Shown here: positions 52,689 to 64,000 of the stretch, piece after piece
Layout: each line of letters starts with the position of its first letter
Position numbering within the stretch: position 1 is the first letter of the stretch
Origin: Atractiella rhizophila
Lineage: Eukaryota
Reading direction: 5' to 3'
DNA: 64,000 bases
Assembly (NCBI GenBank): GCA_021432655.1
Contig: MU271354.1
Span: forward strand, 1-64,000
Position numbers and translations under genes: made by a program
Notes under the pieces: model-generated
What the model was told of the DNA's origin: nothing
Seen by the model: only the letters and a program-made list of their open reading frames with translations
Databases searched by the model: none

Positions 52689-53140
52689 TACTGCAACGCT
52701 TACCGTGACAGCTGTCTAAATCGTTGCGAAGGGTCGCTTGTGTACTCTGAGCTGCTCTGTGGGATCGGATTATGTTGGCCCTTTGTGACGCCAGAGAGGA
52801 TCTGACTCAGATTTGAACTCCTTGTTTCGCCGCAGCAGCGGATGCATTAAATAATCATTCAAACTGCCCTCGAACTTGTTCATTCCTGGGAGTGCAGGAT
52901 GGAGGAGGGTTCATAAAACATAAAAGCATCCCACATTGAAAGACTGTTGTGGTGTAGGGCAGACCGATGCCGTGAGTTAGTTCCAATCCAAGTCTTTGAT
53001 TCTCGTCTGTCCAGCAGCTCCGCGTCCATTCGTGTCTATTGGAGAATACAGCCTTGGAGTCTGATCAGAATGTGTGCATGACAATATGATATTCTCTCGA
53101 GATTGCAAGACTGGGAATAATGCTCACCTCCCATTTGCAG

Positions 53141-54089
53141 GCGAACTCTGCCGTTTAGACCAATAGTCAACATAGCTTCTTGCCGTCAAAAATTCTTGCG
53201 TCGCTTGCTTCGACAGTCACAGCGTGTCTCTCCGTCTCTCTCTTTTGAGGAGCATCGCGAGTCGGCAAAATCCCACCTACGTTGGTTGTCAGAGGGTCTC
53301 ACGTCCAACCAGATTGGCAGCTTGAAAAAACGAGTTGACGAATATGTTATTTTCGACAAACCTCTCGCATACATCTTAGGCAACACCCCATTTTACCCTC
53401 TTCCCGACATTTTGACCACTCGACCTCCCATTCTCATCCCTCGTTGGGAAACCGAGGAATGGGCAAATCGACTAGCAGACTTGCTCGAGGAGAAATTCAG
53501 AAATTCAGTGCATTCCGACAATGTCAACATTTTGGAGATAGGAAGTGGGACAGGATGCATCCCTCTTCTCCTTGCTTTTCGTCTGCGTCAATATACTGGA
53601 CGCCTGCGAATTCTGTCGGTGGACAAGAACCCCGAGGCGACCAACCTTGCAAACGAAAATTTGCACAAGTTTTCGAGCTACGGTTTATCCGATATCGTAC
53701 AGTTTATTCAGTCTGATATCTTCGCTCCCAATTTCAAAACCCAGGTTTCTGCATTTGGAGGAGGATATTGGAACATAATTGTTTCCAATCCGCCATACAT
53801 AAGTCGAAAAGACTACGATGAGTTAGATAACAGCGTTAAGGTGTGGGAGGATCCCTCAGCTCTCATAGGGTCGGAAGCAGGAGAGGACGACGGACTGCAA
53901 TTCTATCGCAGGATCGCCAAACTGGTGGTGAATCAGGACTTTTTCAAATCAAAGGAGGGTTGGCCGAACATCGTCGTGGAAGTGGGTGAGCGGCAGAGCA
54001 GACAAGTATGCCAAATCTTCGATGCGGTATCTTTTCGGTCTACTTGTTGGAAAGACGGTGCTGGGATAGAGAGAGTAGTCATTGCTTGA
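53141..54089 (+). CDS. HemK/PrmC-family N5-glutamine methyltransferase (MTQ1-like); start codon likely in an unresolved upstream exon
   Basis: KPLAYILG, ILIPRWETEEW, ILEIGSGTGCI (SAM motif I), IVSNPPYI, DGLQFYRRI, VEVG, KDGAGIERVV. Confidence 0.88.
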
Positions 54090-54247
54090 ATGATTATGCC
54101 GTTTCAGAGTTACCTCAACATGCCATAGGAACCTTGCTCAACTTCTCAGCAAAATAGAATCTTCGCTATGAACCCCCAGTTAACCTCCTGAACCTCCTGC
54201 GACTCCCAATGCACTTTTATCCAGTACGATCATCAATTCATCCAGGA

Positions 54248-57200
54248 CTATTTATGCTCTCCACTAGCATCTCTTGTGAACAACCGGCTTCCTATTCTCT
54301 GTCCCATAAACCTCTTGAACCCTGCCACTCCCCCATCTGTTTCGGCCGGCTTTGGCAGATTTGGGCTAGGCACTCGAGATGTATCCCTACTACCAGTCGG
54401 CAAAGGAAGCGTGGTTAACCCAAAAATGCTGGTGGTAGTTGCGGTTGGCACTGGCGTGTTAGTACCAGTCGAAGAAGCGACAGCTTGGTATGCGTTCGGA
54501 TCCATATCGAGTGAGGAGAGGAAAGAAGAGTCCGAGAGGTCGGGAAGAACTGACGTTTTAGATAGAAAGACATCGAGAAGATTGTTTTGCTCGGCTTTTT
54601 TGACACCCTAGGAAGCTATTAGCGACGCAATTAGCGATGTAGACGAGGTTACTTTTAAGTCCAAAATCTTCTGGAAATCGCTAAAGGACTGGCATGGTAT
54701 TAGTGTTAAATAGTTACCAACGAAGGCTTCTGGTGGCGTTTCTGGTGACATGATCGCTTTGAGGATTGTGTCTATTCGACCAACGCTCTTATTTACGTAT
54801 CGCGTGTACCTGGAATCACCTCAGCTTTGCAGAAGGCCTCGATTTTGCTTACGACAATGGGATGTTCGAATCATCCTCTTGGGTTTGTGGAAATTGGAGA
54901 AAGGAGTTTTTGAGCGATTGTATGTCCAACAGCATCTGAAGTGGCATCAAGAATTGCGGTGAGGTGATCTAGATACGTACCTGCTCTGCTCCGATTTGAT
55001 TGATAGGACGGCAACGCACCATTGTCTGGGTGAACTTTGTGCATAGAACTCTTTCACGGTTGATCAGCACTTCGCTATCAGGGAAGTTGAGCATAACATG
55101 ACATACCCCACTGCTTTATCACAAAAGCTTCGGAAGTATTTCTTCGCTTGCAGTCCATCTCGCACAACATCGATGACGGCATACATGCCTTTATTAAAAT
55201 CGGCCACGTAACTTGACTCTGAAGATACAAGCTCCACGTCCTTCCACGGAGACTTTGCCATGATGCTGAACACTGGTTCCACTGTGAACTCTAATTCTCG
55301 TAAAAGCACAAGAAGAGCGGATGAGATCGTGCTGAACCACGAAACTTGTCAACACATTCGTGGAAACTAAGCGGAACAAAACCTGCCTAAGGAAAACTTC
55401 CTTCTCACTTTCCAGAGAAACTTTGAGCTGTAGGTCAGGATGGATTCGTTCTTTGAGTCGCTCCTCAAGCTGGCCACTAGTTCAACAAAGCCATCTAGGT
55501 TGTAAGGGCTCACGAACCTGAGAAGAGGTCAGAAGGCAATAGTCCGCCGTGTTGATGACCTGACACGCGTTCTGTAGCACTTCTACATTGGGACGCCCTT
55601 CGCTACTCTTCCTATCTTGCTTGTTGAGGTAGGTCGCAACTAAAATATCTTCGGCATAAGTTTTGAGCCATTTCTTGAAGACGCCACATAAGTCCAGGAA
55701 CGGCAGCTTGTTTGTGAGCTTGGCGAGCGACTCCAATGTTTCTCCATAAAAGTAGAAGACTTCTGTCGAAGACGGCAGCACAAGAGAGTCTATAGAAGTC
55801 GACTCTGATTGTGTGGCCAGTTTGGGAGTCTTGAAAGTTTGCATCATATCAGCCAGTTTTCTGTTTGGCGTTTAACAAGGATATCCACCATAAACAGGAG
55901 CACGAAAGGAGCGTACTTGTCTTGAGCATCAACAAAGATGACCAGATAACTCTCGAAGACACTCTCAATCGTGCCACCTTCGATGACCAAATCCGAAATG
56001 CTCTTGACTTCCGCAAAGGTTTTCGTTTTAAACTTCTTACACATTTCTCTCTGGAAATCCGCGGTTGTCTGTATTGCCTCCAGTAACGAAGTAACAGTGA
56101 GTGGTTGGAATGGTGGACCAGGGGGCGGATTGGCTGATGACCTCGCAAGAACGGATCTTAGGTCCTCTTTTGTCGAATCTGCAAAACCGCGTACGAGGCC
56201 TTCAGTCACTTTCCACTCAGAGGGGAAAACGGATTCGTTCTCTTCTTCGTGCGACTTGAGTACACGGCGGAACCATGCATAGCGGCGCGGTAGGTTGTCA
56301 AGCTGTCCTGCCTGAGCCAACATTAGAGAACCATTGAAGAAGTAGAACATGTTGAATACGAACCTCATCCTCTGGGCGGAAGATACGGCGATATTCACGT
56401 AACTGAAAAGCAATATACCAGTCGAGAAGCCCTTTCCTTGCCACTATCTTGAGATGATATATGGAGGAGAAGATAAGTAAATATACCGTGAGTCCTCTCC
56501 AAGCGCATCAATGACTGGACACGCGTCTACTAGTTGATTTTTGGTTGCAGGTGTCAACCGACCAGGTTCTGTGATCCTACAAATTCGTTGGTCAGTTTCA
56601 ACAGAAAGCAGATTACATACGCTGTTTCAAACTCGCGAAAAATCTGTGCTCTTAGCACTCCTTGTACAGATTGTATCCCACGGGAAAGAGCTGATATTCG
56701 CTCCACAGACTGAAAAGATGAAAATGTTGCAGCCAGACCTTTGACTGCCTTTAAATCGCGACTCAGATTACGCGGCACAATGAAAAATCACTGACGAGTA
56801 GCGACGAAGCAGTTTCTCGGTAACGCTTGGCTTTAGCGAGCCTTGTGAGCTGGTCAAAAGCGTTCACTTTTGCTGCATGTCAACCCTCTTACCCAAGAAT
56901 CGCAGATAGAGATGCTCACCAAGCATTTGGAACCTCTTCAGTCCTCTCATAGACTCCGTCAGATTGCTTTTAGCCTTATCCAAGGTACTAATCTCTTCAG
57001 TAATCTCTTTGACGACCTCCTGGCTCTCTTTGCTTCCTCCCACCAATTTGTTTGTTAATTCCAAAAGTTGACCTATTTCCGTTTGAATTTTTGACATCTG
57101 TTGCTCTGAATTCGACGGAGAGGACTTCTCAGCGAGCGAGGCTTGAAGTTGCGTTGCCTGGGTGCGAGACTGGGATATGGACTGGGACAGGAGAAGGAGG

Positions 57201-57292
57201 AGGAGTGGAATACTGGGAAGTGCGGGCGAGTCCGGCAAAAGGGAGTTGATAGAGTCGTATACATAGTCGTCTTCTTCTTTTGCTAAGGCCAT
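54248..57292 (-). CDS. VPS53: GARP complex subunit Vps53
   Basis: EISTLDKAKSNLTESMRGLKRFQML, AGQLDNLPRRYAWFRR, LPSSTEVFYFY, INTADYCLLTSSQ, KYFRSFCDK, GAEQ, FQKILDLK. Confidence 0.93.
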
Positions 57293-57565
57293 TGCCTGAA
57301 GGATGTTGCTCTTGCCCGTTTTAATCCTGCTCTAATCTCTCTCTGTAATGAAGCTTAATTTGAGGGACGGAACCGAAGGATCATCTGTAGTCACCATGAC
57401 GTTAGACCCAAAATACTGGGCGAGAGGGAGGTGTATAAAACATCAATGGTGTCCTGTTTCCTTCACCTCTCAACTTATTTACGACCTTAGATAATAATCA
57501 TCTTCTGCTTGTGAGCGCCTTTCCAATGAGTTGAAAATCCTAATCACTGTTGCAGGACGAGTTTC

Positions 57566-58918
57566 ATGACGCGATTCCAACGACTCTTCCTCCTTGTAAC
57601 GATCACTTATGCTTTCCCTTTCCACAACCTAGTGCCAAGGCAGGATGACACCGGCTGCGTTATGAGCCCAGACAGTGATTTGATGGAATGCTTAGGTGAG
57701 AGCCAATGTATTAACAACTCGTATGACTATTCTTACTTGGCAGAGCAGGTGTCTACGCCTCAATTCCTCCAACTACACCAACTTCGTTAGTTTACTCTTT
57801 TAATCACTTCCTCTCCTTCACCACCAAGTAGTGAAGAATTTTGTGGATTTTGAAGGAATCCGACGGTGGAACAAGCGAAATACTACTGTGACTTATATTC
57901 TCAATTGGCCGACTGTTGGAGTTTCGGACGATAGTACGCTTCCCTGTTTCAGTGTTGTGGCGTGAGCTGAGACGCCTCAAGCTGTTTGGAATGGAGACCG
58001 CTCGAAATTGAAGGCATGTCTCTTTCAAGCAGTCCTGCAGGCTTGCTCACCTTTGTGGTTTAAAAGCCCAGAAATTCTGTGCACTTGCTGCCCAGGAAGA
58101 ACCAGCTTATCCTACGTTGACGTCTGTTATTATTGAAGCTTCGAACGTAGTGTCCAGCATCTGGCACAACGATGGTACAGCCTCTCACTTTTTTAAGCAT
58201 TCGGCATTGAATCATGGGTGACCTTCTTTTCTTTGTCACAGTGGGTACCGCCATCCCAAGTCCTCCAGTGGACAACCTGGTTACCACCTCGCTGCCTACT
58301 TGGACCTCTGTTCCACGCGATGGCGCCAGCGTCACAGCTGCGACCGACAATTCAATCACGCCTGCCCAAATCTTCGTTACTCCAGGCGGAAGTGACGGTC
58401 CTGCTCCTCCCGAACTTACTGCCACTGCATCCTCTGCTTCATTCGATCCCACCGGCATCATCGTTCCCCCTCCGAGCTTACTACCTCACAGTTCCGACTC
58501 TGACGCTACAGAAACAACGTGCAGCTGCTCCTCAGACGATCCGACTGCGACGGGCTCGCCAGTTATCGTTGTTGGCGGTGCCAGTAATAATGGCGAGGAG
58601 AATGGGGCTGTAAAGAAGATAACGATTTCACTTCTTGCATCGTTGGTCTCTACTTCAGGGTGTTGTCAACCGCTAATTGTACTTGTAGCTCGGCTGTTCT
58701 GCTCACAATGTTGGCTGCATAGACGCAAAATAAACGCCGAAATCGAAAAATCCGTACTTGCGGTCTATCTCCACCAAATGGCAACGCAGGATGAATGCAC
58801 AACTGTTAGTTAGCGTACAGTGTAACAATTTCAGGCAACCCGTTTCGCTCCAAAGGATCAAACACGGACAACACTTGGAGGAAGAGGACTTTATACTTCT
58901 CACATTCTTTGTAAACTA
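57566..58918 (+). CDS. Hypothetical secreted/cell-surface Ser/Thr-rich protein; 3' end approximate
   Basis: Signal peptide MTRFQRLFLLVTITYAFP, Cys-containing N-terminal region, S/T/P-rich stalk, hydrophobic segment near 58620-58700. Confidence 0.5.
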
Positions 58919-59161
58919 GCCCTGCTCGCTTCCCACACACGATCTTTGGTTTCTTGCTGAATGCTGTTTATAGCTTTGCTTTCTTTGCCCAATATTTCAA
59001 ACAAATGGAAGAATGAAGCTTTGTATTATCAGAGTAATGGTGACATTGACATGAGATAAGAACAAATATAATGATGCGAGTGGATGCGACGAATAAACCG
59101 TTTTTAACAGTAACCGAACAGCAAGGGTAAGTCATTCTGCAATATCAACGTGAGAAACGAG

Positions 59162-61109
59162 TCATAGCTCCTCCTTCTCCCTTCTATCTCCTAGAATGAG
59201 CGCCCAGCAGCTCTTCCATCCTTCCACACAGAGCTGCACAAGGGATCGAAGCAATCCCTCATCCTCCACTTCTGATGAGTTTCCAGCCCTCTGGCGTATG
59301 AAAACGTTGGGTTTCTTCTGCTGTTCCGGAGGGTCGAAAAGGAACTGACTACCTCTGATCCTCATGTATTCCGCTGCCTCCCGCTGCTGCTCATATCTTC
59401 GTTGCCTTCGGTCCTTCCAATCTTCGACCTCCGTCCCGTCATCTTCTTCCTCATCTTCGTCCATCTTCCCCCCAGACTGCACCGATTTCTCAGTCCGCTC
59501 GCGCTCGACCTCCCCCATCGAAGCCCACATCTCTCGGAATTTCTCAACAGCATCCAAGCTCTCACTAAACCGGTTTAATGTCCACACGAACGCCACAACC
59601 TCAGCACGAGAGAGGGTTGGTCGCGCTGTTTGTGAGAAAGAGGAGGAAAAATCTCTTGAGGCAGAAGTTGGATCGTCATCAAACGAGAAGAGGAGCTTCA
59701 GTGCAGTCGCAAGGCCGGTTACTTGTAGACGTCCCCATAAACGGCACTTGTCGCAACCCACGCAATCCATGATCTGCGACACGTTGCGGAAGTGCATTTT
59801 GAATTCTTCTTTCAAGACTTCCGCTTCGGGACCAGCGAACATGGACTTCTCGTCAAAGGTATTCGGACATGTGTTGGCTATGGAGACTAGGGATTCGAGA
59901 GATGATTTCGTCTGAGCGTCAAGAGAGGGGTTGGATGTTTGGATGTCGAAGGAGGCAAGATAAGCGGAGGCTTTGGAGAGAGCACGGAGGAAGACAACGT
60001 AGTCGAAATAAATGTTTTGGAGGCGCTCCGGGTGTTGTGCTATTCGAGTGATGAAACATTCGAGGTTTGGTCCCTTTTAATATCGCACAGTTTACAAACG
60101 AGTAGATGATACATGCAATGACGTACCCAATCGCCGGTTTTTTGATTTAAGTATTCGCTGCAAATGTGCATGCTGATACTAGCGTGAAGACCACTAATCA
60201 ATCGATAATAAACCCTCTTTTCTAAACAAGTATCCTGATCAGGAGGGTCTCTAGGTGCCGCCACGCCGCTTATAAAGCTCCCGAAGTTCAGTGAGGTCGT
60301 TTCATCCCACACTTTGAGGTTTCGAATGTCAGAAGATGAAACGAATGTTTTCGATGAGTCCATAAAAGGAACTGGATCGAAGCAGTTCTCCTCGTATATT
60401 GACTTCCAGATCTTGTTCGCTGACGGCCCAGAATAACCCGTAAACCGTTCCGGATTGGAAAGAAGGTCGACATAGAGACCATTTGATACTTGCTCGTCTT
60501 CGAGGACGCAGAAGTCTGAGTCGCGCACAAAACATCCATCCGCTAAAATTTGCCGCGCCTGCTCATGCGTGAAGTGAGTCCGGCTGGTTGTAAAATAAAC
60601 AGTAGAAGGATGCCCACCTCCTCATGTTCAGTAGTCTCAATCTCGCTCAATGCTTTCCAACGCCAATTAGGCGGAATTTCGTCTTCCTCTTTGGTTTCTA
60701 CAGCACAGTCGCGCATCATACAGCTACCATCGTCATCCCAGAAAGGACAGTCGCGATAAAGATCGACCTAGTCGCGCCACGTCGACTTTTGTCCCATTAC
60801 ATAATGAAGGAGAGCACACCTTGTGGTAACGAAAGAAAGGAAGTTGGATTATTTCCTGCAACTTGTCTCTAAGCCTTCTATTAACATCTTCTACGCTTTC
60901 AAAATCGCAACATGAATCCTGGATGCGCCCGCTCGGCTGTTTCCTTGGCTGAGCAAGACGGTGGCTGAAGCATGGAAGGTGATGCTTACGCGGCAATGCT
61001 CCTGATCAGCGGTTGTCAGCACAGTCTGAAAGAAGTCTGCGCGAGGTTTCTCTAGCTGTGACAGCGAAGCTCTTGCCAGCTGGATGAGCAAGAGTAGAAG
61101 CAATCGCAT
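59162..61109 (-). CDS. ERO1: ER oxidoreductin 1
   Basis: Signal peptide, FFRYHK.DLYRDCPFWDDDGSCMMRDCAV, YVDLLSNPERFTGYSG, CLEKRVYYRLISGLHASIS, FRNVSQIMDCVGCDKCRLWG (CxxCxxC). Confidence 0.96.
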
Positions 61110-61249
61110 TTTGGTCGTTGGAATATTTGCTGTCGTGTCCAACCACCATGAATCCGTCCGCCTCGATCAAGGCCCAAACGCATGCAAGCTTCACATAAAC
61201 ACCAACCATTCTTTCCGTCTGACACCTCAAAAAGTCACCGATAAGCACC

Positions 61250-63530
<2,281 letters not shown>

Positions 63531-64000
63531 GTATTTTGGTTGCAGCTAGAAGGTAGAACCAAACAGAATCCTGCTAAAAACGGGGCATCCAAACACTCAG
63601 TTTTCTTGTAATTTCGGTTCACCTTTGGGACTGAGGCTCCGCAACAGAGCTCACTTGTTTACGTCTCGTTAATCAACCAGTTCCCATCTTCTAGTGTATT
63701 GTCCCTGTTATCGCGGCGAAATCCAAACTCAATCCTTGTCAGACAGGATCACCCTTGAAAGATCATTTATAGAGACCAATAAGAATTGGATAAGATGCTG
63801 GGAAGCTGGAAGCATGTTTGCATTTGCTTAGTTGGACATTGTTCAATATTACACACTTTTAGAAACACATGAACATGGTTTCTTAATTTGTTGTCGTCTA
63901 TGCCGTTACGTGAGAATCACAGCACTGAATGAGGAAAGGGAGGAGCATACTTCAACTCGTTCCCCGTAATGCATCCACTGATTCATTCAGAAGTTCTTGC

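Overview
Gene-dense, intron-rich eukaryotic DNA with mostly 45-90 nt introns. Gene content and intron style point to a basidiomycete fungus (inference; species not determinable). There are about 24 protein-coding genes, many in compact head-to-head pairs: eIF5-mimic (5MP/BZW), nucleolar FKBP (FPR3/4), a Zn2Cys6-PAS factor, a GT25 glycosyltransferase, ornithine decarboxylase antizyme, RPL27, a bacterial-type GH13 alpha-amylase, a secreted Glu/Gly/Ala-repeat protein, DPM1, a CHORD protein, PCK1, a GNAT, DRS1, MET22, WDR6/TRM734, a ketopantoate reductase-like gene, SF3B1, an MFS transporter, a CRZ1-like factor, a HemK/MTQ1 methyltransferase, VPS53, ERO1, MET3 and a few orphans. The standout signal is a programmed +1 ribosomal frameshift (TGG-TGG-TCC-TGA, 14858-14869, minus strand) joining two ORFs of an antizyme gene that the ORF track splits into fragments. 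No rRNA, tRNA, CRISPR array or recognisable transposon was seen. Exon boundaries were read by eye and are approximate unless stated.
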